NCBI RefSeq assembly: GCF_002945325.1
Contig: NZ_CP026606.1
Coordinates: forward strand, 510,001 to 542,000
DNA from: Methanococcus maripaludis
Lineage (GTDB): Archaea > AGJL01 > Methanococci > Methanococcales > Methanococcaceae
DNA length: 32,000 nucleotides
Direction: 5' to 3'
The stretch's first letter is position 1, and every line of letters starts with the position of its first letter. The notes below the pieces were generated by a model, which was not told the origin of the DNA, made no database searches, and saw only the letters and a program-made list of their open reading frames with translations. A program made the translations under genes and the position numbers. Below are positions 16,772 through 24,977 of the stretch, in pieces.

Positions 16772-18265
16772 TTAAATTACATTTCTCAGGTTTTCACTGT
16801 AAATTTTCGAATAAATTTCATCAATTAGTTCTAAATTATCATATCTTCCAGATATTGGATTTTCAGATCTTAAATTTACGCCTTCAAATAATTTTTCGAA
16901 ATATTTCTTTTTGACTTCTTCTTCCATTTCTTCGTCAATGTACTTTAATATTTTCTTCATTATGTTATAAATTTTATCTTTAGTTTGAGGGTTTAATCTT
17001 GCAGTCATAATACTATGGAATGACATTGAAATGACTAATACTAATTCTAATCCAAAATCCACATCTTTTTTTGAAAATGTAGTCCAACGGTAATATAATT
17101 TAAAAATTAATTCAAGATATTGTTCCATTAGGGCATAATATCCAAACAATCTCCAGTAAATCTCCATTGAGGTTACTATTTTTAAAATAATATCCATTAT
17201 AGGATTAAAAATTTTAATATTCGTATAGGAATTATTTTTTAGAGCATGCCTTAATTTTAAATCGTAAATCAATAATGCAATATAAATCGGGGAATCCAGT
17301 AGTTCTATATCTGAACCTCCATTTGTATATGCCATCTGTTCTTCTTTTTTAATAAAATGGCCAATCGTGGAAATTATGCTGGAATTGATATCAATATCTA
17401 TGTTAAATATAGATTTTATGATTAAATCGTCATCGTATTCTAATTCCAAAATATTTTCTGTACTTAAGTCAAAATAATCCTCCGAATTTAGGTTTTTTAA
17501 CTCCTTGTATAGGTCACTACCCTTGGTTGAAACTAAATATTTCCAATAATTGGCCCATAATACATCCTTATCAAAATCTATTGATGAATTTAACAATTTA
17601 TATAATAACATTGGATATTTCTTAGCCATCTCCGAAATAAATTCTTCTTCATCAGATATTATATTTAAAAAACATTCAAATCTACCGTTAAATTCAAAAT
17701 CTTTTTCAATCATTAAATAATGTTCATATAATTCTTCAAAATATATCTCCAAATCAGTTAAAATTATTAAATAATCTTTTTTTGTGAAGCGGTCATACAA
17801 CTTATCAATAAACCGATTAATTTGAGATAAACGATTATTTTTAAAATTTAATAAAAAATAAGCCAAAATGATCAATCCATAAAGATAACTGAAAGTCATT
17901 AATGGATTTTCTATATCCGTAATAACCAAGGATAGTAAAGAATTACATAAATCGTAAGAAATGGTGTAATGGGCAATAGTTACATAAATTAACAGTAATG
18001 TTGAAAAAATTAGCATATATTCAAAATATCCCAGTATGTAAAAAATATTCCTACGTTGGGATTTTGAGAGTATTTGGTGTATAGATATTACTAAAACAAC
18101 TATCGAAAAAATCCATGCTGAATCTAACGGGGGAGTATTATTTATTAATGCCGTAGATACATTAGATACAATTTCTGAAGAATTGTTGGAAAATACAGTA
18201 GATACATTAGATACAATTTCTGAAGAATTATTAATCAAAGTAATACTGTTATTTTCCAAAACCAT
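16772..18265 (-). CDS. 497-aa polytopic membrane protein of unknown function with a Ser/Asn-rich duplicated N-terminus
   Basis: The N-terminus has many N-x-S/T sequons and a 15-aa tandem duplication. About 4 hydrophobic helices (WIFSIVVLVISI, YMLIFSTLLLIYVTI, LMTFSYLYGLIILAYFLL...) are followed by a ~330-aa soluble helical domain. I recognise no domain. Confidence 0.7.
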   Translation of the reverse strand: MVLENNSITLINNSSEIVSNVSTVFSNNSSEIVSNVSTALINNTPPLDSAWIFSIVVLVISIHQILSKSQRRNIFYILGYFEYMLIFSTLLLIYVTIAHYTISYDLCNSLLSLVITDIENPLMTFSYLYGLIILAYFLLNFKNNRLSQINRFIDKLYDRFTKKDYLIILTDLEIYFEELYEHYLMIEKDFEFNGRFECFLNIISDEEEFISEMAKKYPMLLYKLLNSSIDFDKDVLWANYWKYLVSTKGSDLYKELKNLNSEDYFDLSTENILELEYDDDLIIKSIFNIDIDINSSIISTIGHFIKKEEQMAYTNGGSDIELLDSPIYIALLIYDLKLRHALKNNSYTNIKIFNPIMDIILKIVTSMEIYWRLFGYYALMEQYLELIFKLYYRWTTFSKKDVDFGLELVLVISMSFHSIMTARLNPQTKDKIYNIMKKILKYIDEEMEEEVKKKYFEKLFEGVNLRSENPISGRYDNLELIDEIYSKIYSENLRNVI

Positions 18266-18292
18266 ATTTTCACATCTAATCCATAAATTATT

Positions 18293-18757
18293 TTATTCTG
18301 TTAATCTTAAGAGAATATCTTCTAAAAAATTTAAAAACACGTTTATAAATAAGGATAAGGATTCGATAAGAATCGATAAGAGCAGTATTATGATTCCGAT
18401 AGCAATTGAAAAATATGACAATGCAACTATCTCGTCAGGAGAATAATTAGTAAATATATCATATATGACCATAAAATTGCTAACAGCATAAATTAAAACC
18501 GATAAAGTATGAATAGCACGTTTACTTCCCCGAAAAATAGTTTTACGGTGCCTAATATTTATGACATATAGTATATATTGTAATATTTTTTTAAGATAAG
18601 CCGGTGCCAGGAAACCCATGATTAAAATTAATATCCAGATTCCTGCTAAACATAGGAATATAAAATGATATCTTGGATATGATATGAAAATGGCGATAAT
18701 TAAAACTAAAGATATATGCCTACTAATTTCACCCTTAAAATTGTTATTATCTTCCAT
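18293..18757 (-). CDS. Four-TM membrane protein, first gene of the minus-strand membrane operon
   Basis: GGTG 5 nt (ttgga) before the internal ATG (MEDNNNFKGE...). Hydrophobic helices ISLVLIIAIFI, FIFLCLAGIWILILIMGFL, TLSVLIYAVSNFMVIY, LSYFSIAIGIIILLLSILI. Confidence 0.6.
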   Translation of the reverse strand: MEDNNNFKGEISRHISLVLIIAIFISYPRYHFIFLCLAGIWILILIMGFLAPAYLKKILQYILYVINIRHRKTIFRGSKRAIHTLSVLIYAVSNFMVIYDIFTNYSPDEIVALSYFSIAIGIIILLLSILIESLSLFINVFLNFLEDILLRLTE

Positions 18758-19072
18758 TCCAACACCAAAATCATACAATAAAAATTTTATTATTAAATTA
18801 TAATTTTAATAAACAAATTTTCCCGAAAAATTATCAATTAAAATATTAAAAAAACAATATTTAAAAATGTCGAAAAGTTTCCTCAAAAAACAGTAAATTA
18901 TCCTAAATCTTAAAAAACCTTATCAGCTTTAAAAATTAATAAACACTGTTTTCTACCAATTAAAATCCCAAAAAACATTATTTTAATCAAATTTAAATCG
19001 TTTAATTCTTTTCGGAAATTTTATATTTATGTGGGGGTTAATTTAGTTTAACCATATTATGAGGGATGATTA

Positions 19073-22000
19073 ATGAGTAGTTCAGAAGTGGGGCAAATAA
19101 TTAAAACTGCAATGGATTATGAATCAAATAAAAAGTACGTAGAAGAGCGGTTAGACTCCATTAAACCTTATTTTGAAAATACAAAACACATTTATCCATT
19201 AATTTTTGATTGCATATTCTCAGCAGCAGGTATACCCCCTTTTGCAGCGATAACCGTCGCTTCTTTAGACACATATTATAAATTAACGGAAAAAAATTCT
19301 GCGGCAGAAAAAACTGAAGAATTGTTAAACTCAATATATAATAAAACATTGAACGTTACAGATCCAGAACTTCAAAACTATATTCAAAAAATACATGAAA
19401 CATTAACTCAAGGTTTAAGAAAAATAGACAGTAGTTTGGGTGAACTTAACGATAATATTCAAACAGGTAACGAATACCAGTGTGAAATGACTGAAACGCT
19501 TAAGGAAATACTTAATGATTTAAAAAAACATGGTATGATCCACATAACCGAAAAAATAGATTCATCATTGGCTCAAAGTTATGATATCAGTAAATTAAAA
19601 GAGTCATATTACTCTGCAATTACCTCGGGTGGAGAATGGCTACCCATAATAAAAGACTTAGATATTAAAAGATCCCAGCTAGATAATGTTAAGGATTTAA
19701 TTAGAAGTGGAAACTGTGTAATTATAACAGGTAATTCGGGTGATGGAAAAACTGAGTTTATAAAAAGACTTTCTTATGATATGAAAGATGAGATGGACAT
19801 ATATGTTCAAAATACTCATTCATTAAATTTAGATAATGCCATTTATGAATTGAAAAAATTAACATCTGATAAAAGGATACTTTTGTGTATTGATAATGCA
19901 TCATCAATAAACAATTTGTGGGAAGCTATAGATCAAATCCCGTCGAATTTTTCAGTCATTATGGCCGAACAGAAAATAACATGGGATAATTATTTAGATA
20001 ACTTAAATCGATCATTACCCCACAATTTAAAAGAGATTAAATTAGAAATCACAAAAATTGATATTGAAAACTGTTTTTTAAAAGTTATCCCTAAAAGATT
20101 ATCCCATATTTGTGGAAGATTAGCAAATGGATTATATGAATCAGGCGTCAAAGGATCCATATCTCCTTGGATACTTATTGTAACGGGGATAAACAGTTTA
20201 AAACTGTCTCGGGATATGCGTAATGTATCATCAAGGAATATAAAAGCCAAAATAATTAATAATATCAATAATTATTTCAAAAAATCCAAAAATTCAGGTA
20301 AATTTTCGTTAATACTTCCAATAATGATTTTAAAATTATATGACATAGATTATTCAAAAAATATTTTTTATGAAATATATGGCCATAATTATCAGCAATT
20401 AAATGAATTAATGGATCACGGACATATAAAAATAGATTGTGATAAAATTACTACCTACCACCCAGCCATTTTGCTCCCATTTCTAAAAGATAATCTTGGA
20501 AACGATTTATTTTATGAAATAAAGAAACATCTTGATAATTATTTAAATAAAATTTTTAGTAAGGGGGAAAAATTAAGGTATCAAGATGTATTGTACCCCA
20601 TTGGTAGTAATTGCATACATAATACAAATAGGCTTAAGACAGGTTTTATCGACCAGATAAAATACGGAATTAAAATTTTAAAAAAGATTCCAGAATACCA
20701 GCTAGATAATAAAGTGTTAAAATTAATTTCTGAAGCATATTATAAATTAATGGATTATATTAACACTGAAAAATATCTAAATGATATTTTAAAAAATAAC
20801 CCTAATGATTATTATGCCAAATATAATTTAATAAACTTATATTTGGAAAAAGGCGAAATAAATAAATTAATCCAATCTTTTGATGAAATAAAAAAGTATC
20901 CTGATATTTATAAACACTACCCTGTAATTATGGATTTATATATCGGAAAAATACCTGCCGTGGAATTAATACAGTATTTAGAATTACTTTATGAAAAAGA
21001 TCCTAAAAATATGAACGTTGCAGCAGCCCTGTCCAATATGTATTCTTTTATATTAAATGAGGAAATGACCGATTATTATCTATCCAAAATAACAATTGAA
21101 AAGTTAAAACCTTCTGCAATCAGTAATGCTGTATCATCCTATTGTCAGATGGGAAACTATGAAAAAATTGATGAAGTATTAAAGAATTTAGAAAAAAATA
21201 ATAGTAAAAATATCAACTTATGTCGTGGATCTTATTATTTGTATAAAGGAGAATATCGGGAATATATATCGATTATTAATAACTTTTTAACGGATTATGA
21301 ACATGATATTGGTTTTAATTTACTAAATGTATCCATTTTATACCCCCTTATGGATAAATCTGCAATAAAATCGCTTGATAGACTAAAAAAGTTTTATGGC
21401 CTTAACGAAGTCTTAAAGATGGAGTATATGAAATATTACTCTAATTTTGGAAATTATACTGAAGCATTACGATTTTTTGAAGATATCATAACAGATTCTC
21501 CAGATAATATAGATGCTTATTCAGAAGTATGTTGGATGTATATAGATATGGGTAATTATCAAAAAGCGCTAGAAGTTTCCAAAAGAGTATATGAAAAATT
21601 CCCAAAAATTCCTGAAGTTATAATTAATCATGCTAAAATCAATGCAATTAATGGAAATATTTTGGAATCAAAAAAATGTTTAGATGAGTATATTTTGAAA
21701 TACGGCATTGATAGTTTGTCAATTAGTGAGATTACTCCAGTTTATTATGAATTAAAAGATTATGATAATACATTAAAATATGGATTAAAATTGGTAGATA
21801 CCCAAAATGACTCAGAAGTACTGATTTGTGTATCTGATAGTTATTACGAAAAGAAAAAATATAAAGAAGCACTTGAGTTAGTTAAAAAATTATTAAACTC
21901 AATACCCCTCCATATTGAAGGAAACTTGGTATGTGGAAAAATATATCATAAATTAGGCGATATTCCTGAATCAAAAAAATATTTGAAAAAGTGTAAAGAA

Positions 22001-22102
22001 TTATGTGATGAATTTAATAAACCTCGAATTAAAGCAAAACTAACTGAATATGTCGAAAAATATCCATTAGTAAATGTTTATAATTCTTCAATCATTTCAT
22101 AA
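19073..22102 (+). CDS. STAND-like P-loop NTPase with an N-terminal helical/hydrophobic domain and C-terminal TPR repeats (1009 aa)
   Basis: RBS GAGGGATGATTAATG. Walker A VIITGNSGDGKTEFIKRL. Walker B RILLCIDNAS. The C-terminal ~450 aa has 34-aa TPR-like periodicity (e.g. AYYKLMDYINTEKYLNDILKNNPNDYYAKYNLINLYLEKGE). The N-terminal ~200 aa includes the hydrophobic stretch IYPLIFDCIFSAAGIPPFAAITVASL. Confidence 0.75.
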   Translation: MSSSEVGQIIKTAMDYESNKKYVEERLDSIKPYFENTKHIYPLIFDCIFSAAGIPPFAAITVASLDTYYKLTEKNSAAEKTEELLNSIYNKTLNVTDPELQNYIQKIHETLTQGLRKIDSSLGELNDNIQTGNEYQCEMTETLKEILNDLKKHGMIHITEKIDSSLAQSYDISKLKESYYSAITSGGEWLPIIKDLDIKRSQLDNVKDLIRSGNCVIITGNSGDGKTEFIKRLSYDMKDEMDIYVQNTHSLNLDNAIYELKKLTSDKRILLCIDNASSINNLWEAIDQIPSNFSVIMAEQKITWDNYLDNLNRSLPHNLKEIKLEITKIDIENCFLKVIPKRLSHICGRLANGLYESGVKGSISPWILIVTGINSLKLSRDMRNVSSRNIKAKIINNINNYFKKSKNSGKFSLILPIMILKLYDIDYSKNIFYEIYGHNYQQLNELMDHGHIKIDCDKITTYHPAILLPFLKDNLGNDLFYEIKKHLDNYLNKIFSKGEKLRYQDVLYPIGSNCIHNTNRLKTGFIDQIKYGIKILKKIPEYQLDNKVLKLISEAYYKLMDYINTEKYLNDILKNNPNDYYAKYNLINLYLEKGEINKLIQSFDEIKKYPDIYKHYPVIMDLYIGKIPAVELIQYLELLYEKDPKNMNVAAALSNMYSFILNEEMTDYYLSKITIEKLKPSAISNAVSSYCQMGNYEKIDEVLKNLEKNNSKNINLCRGSYYLYKGEYREYISIINNFLTDYEHDIGFNLLNVSILYPLMDKSAIKSLDRLKKFYGLNEVLKMEYMKYYSNFGNYTEALRFFEDIITDSPDNIDAYSEVCWMYIDMGNYQKALEVSKRVYEKFPKIPEVIINHAKINAINGNILESKKCLDEYILKYGIDSLSISEITPVYYELKDYDNTLKYGLKLVDTQNDSEVLICVSDSYYEKKKYKEALELVKKLLNSIPLHIEGNLVCGKIYHKLGDIPESKKYLKKCKELCDEFNKPRIKAKLTEYVEKYPLVNVYNSSIIS

Positions 22103-22350
22103 ACGTTTAAAGCTTTTTTTCCTTTTTCGGTCAATTTAAAATAACTTTTTGGCAAATTCTTAGCAGTATCTTCGTCAATTCTTTTTGAAACAAAACCATT
22201 ATCCTGCAATTCTTGTAAAAGCTGGCTTAAATTACTTTTATTAATTTTAACTTCATCATTTATTTGCTGAACGTACAATTCCCCACTCTCGTTTAAGAGT
22301 TTTAAAATATTCTCCACGTGTTTCTTTGAAAGTAATTTTAAAATAGACAT
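22078..22350 (-). CDS. Winged-helix (ArsR/PadR/HxlR-like) transcriptional regulator, copy 1
   Basis: KKHVENILKLLNESGELYVQQINDEVKINKSNLSQLLQELQDNGFVSKR fits an HTH plus wing. Paralogous to 23533-23820. The 3' end overlaps the convergent STAND gene by 25 nt. Confidence 0.65.
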   Translation of the reverse strand: MSILKLLSKKHVENILKLLNESGELYVQQINDEVKINKSNLSQLLQELQDNGFVSKRIDEDTAKNLPKSYFKLTEKGKKALNVYEMIEEL

Positions 22351-22359
22351 TGTTTATCA

Positions 22360-23442
22360 CTAATTTTTAAAATCAAACTTAAATTGTTCAAATTTTATCG
22401 ATAACATTAAGCAAAATTCTATTACAAAATTTTTTGTAATTCTAAATTTTTCACGTTTTGATTTCCAATGGTGAACTTCCTCATTTAGCATTTTATTTAC
22501 TGCTTTTAAGGTTCTTCCTTCACCTTCGGTTAAATTAAAGTTTTTAGAAAGATATTTGTGTTTTTGCACTCTCGGAGGATCTTTTAAATCCTTATCAACT
22601 TTAAATTTTTTCGTAGATATTGTTCCAACATTGTCAATTATCTGATCACAATATCTGTTAAAAAACTCCCTTAATAAATCAATTGATTTTTTTATCTCAA
22701 ATTCATCTTCAGAATATTTGTAATAATCATTATCAATTTTATCCAAAACTTCATTTAATTCCTGATTAAAACCGTATTCTTTAATGCTTTTCTTTAATTT
22801 AATCAGATCTTCGTTTATTTCCGTATTAATTCCTTCATCTAATTTTAATTTTAATCGTTCCATTTGAACTTGATTTACCAACATGTGGAGATTATAAAGA
22901 TTTTCATTATGCAACCGCTTAGTAGGCGTACTATAACCCAGACCATTTGGAGGATGCCCATTACTTTCCGTATCCAATTTTTTTAAAATAAGTTTTAGAT
23001 TTTTCAATATATCGTCTGGAAGATCTTGATATTCCTCAGATAAAATATAATTCCAAATATCACAGAAAAGACTAAGTTTTAGACCATACGCTGAAAATTG
23101 TGATGAAAAGCATTTTTCAAACAGTGTGTCATATCTTTTCAGCTTATGTAAAAAATAAGTAGTTAAAACTATATTTTCAATATCATATATTTTTGAAGAA
23201 ACGTATTTTAAAAATTCATTTTTTAAATCTTCTGAAACATTTGCGTTATAAAGTTTCAGTAAATATTCACAATTTTCATACTTTGTATATGTTTTCCATT
23301 CATTTTGTTCAGAAAATGGGTTTTTACCGCCTTTGACTATTTTATACGTGGTTTTATTACTTTGTTTTTTTGGAAACTCCCTATTATGCTCCTGAAACTC
23401 AAATATTATATCAATTCGATATTTTATTTCTTCAAAATCCAT
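22360..23442 (-). CDS. 360-aa hypothetical protein (all-helical by composition), co-oriented with the two wHTH genes
   Basis: Long ORF, 9-nt gap to the downstream wHTH gene, RBS AAAGGTGGGGAAATG. No motif I can name. C-terminal ...AVNKMLNEEVHHWKSKREKF. Confidence 0.6.
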   Translation of the reverse strand: MDFEEIKYRIDIIFEFQEHNREFPKKQSNKTTYKIVKGGKNPFSEQNEWKTYTKYENCEYLLKLYNANVSEDLKNEFLKYVSSKIYDIENIVLTTYFLHKLKRYDTLFEKCFSSQFSAYGLKLSLFCDIWNYILSEEYQDLPDDILKNLKLILKKLDTESNGHPPNGLGYSTPTKRLHNENLYNLHMLVNQVQMERLKLKLDEGINTEINEDLIKLKKSIKEYGFNQELNEVLDKIDNDYYKYSEDEFEIKKSIDLLREFFNRYCDQIIDNVGTISTKKFKVDKDLKDPPRVQKHKYLSKNFNLTEGEGRTLKAVNKMLNEEVHHWKSKREKFRITKNFVIEFCLMLSIKFEQFKFDFKN

Positions 23443-23532
23443 TTCCCCACCTTTAATTTATTTTCCCTCGTTAAATAAACTTAAATGTCCAATATTTAAT
23501 CAAATTATTCTTTAAATTTAAAAAATTTAATT

Positions 23533-23820
23533 TTATTCAAAAGAATACTTATTTTCAATTTCTTTTTCAATGTCATAAAGAGAATACGCCTCTTTTCCAA
23601 AATCCGTAAGTGAATAGTACGTTTTATTTAATTTTTTACCTTCCTCTTCTTCTTCCTTTTTCAAAATCTTAAAACTAACAAGCAAATTTAAAATTTTACT
23701 TAAGTTACCCTTATTGATTGCAACATGTTCGCAGATTTCACCAAAATAAACTCTTTCGTGGAAATTTAACAAATCTAAGATTTCTCGAACGTGTTTTTTT
23801 CCAAGGGTTTCAATTAACAT
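23533..23820 (-). CDS. Winged-helix transcriptional regulator, copy 2
   Basis: GKKHVREILDLLNFHERVYFGEICEHVAINKGNLSKILNLLVSFKILKK aligns with the 22078-22350 protein. Confidence 0.65.
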   Translation of the reverse strand: MLIETLGKKHVREILDLLNFHERVYFGEICEHVAINKGNLSKILNLLVSFKILKKEEEEEGKKLNKTYYSLTDFGKEAYSLYDIEKEIENKYSFE

Positions 23821-23986
23821 GCTTTCACTATCTTTTTTAAATAAAATAGTATTTTGTTTTAGATATATAGTAATATTTTATTTTATTACTATGTTGTAAA
23901 AAAAGAAACTTTTAAATAATATCTAAATTATAAGTTATGTTGTAAAAAAGTAAAACATAATACTAAAATAAACAGGTGAAACCAAC

Positions 23987-24397
23987 ATGACAGAAATAGA
24001 AGAAAAAATCTTGAATACAGTAAAACGACATGATGAATTAAACGATATTCTAAAATCCGTACTCTATAAAATGACACTGACAGGTTTTGAAGCATTTGAA
24101 GACTACAAAAAATATTTAAATCCTGATTCATTTCCAAATGCGGTCCGAAAAATCGAATCAGTTGAAGAAGTACTTGATGACAGGTTAGCAGTTCACAAAC
24201 TTCAAAAAATAAAATTCCATGACCTTGAAACAGATTCGATAGAACTGCTTTCAGAAAAAACATTTACAGTTGAACAGTTCTTAGTTGGATATATTGTTCC
24301 AGAAAATGAAGTAATTGAAGAAATCAAAAAAGGAAACGAATTATATTATTCAAAAGAAGCTGAACTTTTCTATAAAATAAATGTTGACGAATTTTAA
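23987..24397 (+). CDS. Conserved hypothetical 136-aa protein, paralog B
   Basis: 98/136 identical to 10857-11267. RBS CAGGTGAAACCAACATG. Confidence 0.75.
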   Translation: MTEIEEKILNTVKRHDELNDILKSVLYKMTLTGFEAFEDYKKYLNPDSFPNAVRKIESVEEVLDDRLAVHKLQKIKFHDLETDSIELLSEKTFTVEQFLVGYIVPENEVIEEIKKGNELYYSKEAELFYKINVDEF

Positions 24398-24452
24398 CTT
24401 TTCTTTTTTTAAAAACATTGTAATTTATCCTTATTTTATTATATTTTTTAGA

Positions 24453-24572
24453 GGTTACCACGTGGTAACTTTTTGGTAACTTTTTGGTAACCTTAAAACT
24501 AAACAGATTAAAGGTATTTTTTAGATTAACTAATAGATTAAAAAATTAATATTAAAGTTACCATGGTTACCA
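24453..24572. repeat. Iteron-like cluster: six GGTAAC/GTTACC motifs (three at 11-bp phasing, one 16-bp palindrome) plus three AGATTAA motifs
   Basis: gaGGTTACCACGTGGTAACtttttGGTAACtttttGGTAACC at 24451-24492. cAGATTAAagg, tAGATTAActa and tAGATTAAaaa at 24505-24545. aGTTACCatGGTTACC at 24556-24571. Confidence 0.8.
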
Positions 24573-24818
24573 AAATATTTTTAATTTTGAAAAAAATCTA
24601 AAACACAATATTTAGGAAAACTTTTATTATTTTTTAGGAAAAATCCACATATTTGTTAATAATTACCTAACCCTGAGAGGTCATCGTCCTTTTGGTCCCC
24701 CTACCCCTCACGTCAATAGGAGCGGTAAACGTCATAGGAGTAAATTTGTGACCTAAGAGAGAAAATCAGTATAAAAACTATATAAAGAAAACTTCTAAAA
24801 ATCGCATTAAAACAGAAA

Positions 24819-24903
24819 CGCGGAGACCGAGATTTGAACTCGGGTTACTCAGAGAGTAACGGGATTAGCAGTCCCGCGCCGTACCAGACTGGGCCATCTC
24901 CGC
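24819..24903 (-). tRNA. tRNA-Ser (anticodon GCU), no encoded CCA
   Basis: Minus strand: GCGGAGA-TG-GCC-CAGTCTGGTAC-GGC-G-CGGGA-CTGCTAA-TCCCG-TTACTCTCTGAGTAAC-C-CCGAG-TTCAAAT-CTCGG-TCTCCGC-G. Cloverleaf with a long variable arm, anticodon loop CU-GCU-AA and G73 discriminator. Confidence 0.95.
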
Positions 24904-24977
24904 ACGAACAACTTAATAAGGGTGATTATTCTATAAATACTTTTCCATGCTCAAAATTTAAAACAAAAATGATTTTT

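Noticed and set aside
16729-18446. Plus-strand ORFs 16729-16914 and 18183-18446.
   Set aside because: These are antisense or overlapping shadows of the minus-strand membrane operon, with no RBS and low-complexity translations.
24453-24572. Possible CRISPR array or other regularly spaced repeat locus.
   Set aside because: The repeat units are only 6-7 bp with 5-bp T-rich gaps. There are no 25-40-bp repeats separated by unique spacers, and no cas genes are in the window.
24668-24775. C/D-box sRNA or tRNA fragment in the GC-rich patch next to tRNA-Ser.
   Set aside because: I found only imperfect box-like strings (cGATGAc, CTGA) in the wrong order or orientation for a C...D arrangement, and no terminal stem. 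There is no cloverleaf and no match to the adjacent tRNA sequence. It is kept only as an unexplained patch in the findings.
1-24818. Second copy of the tRNA-Ser 3' half (att direct repeat) that would delimit the island inside the window.
   Set aside because: A visual scan for gatttgaactcgg / gcggagaccgag-type strings found none. The left island boundary therefore cannot be placed within this window.
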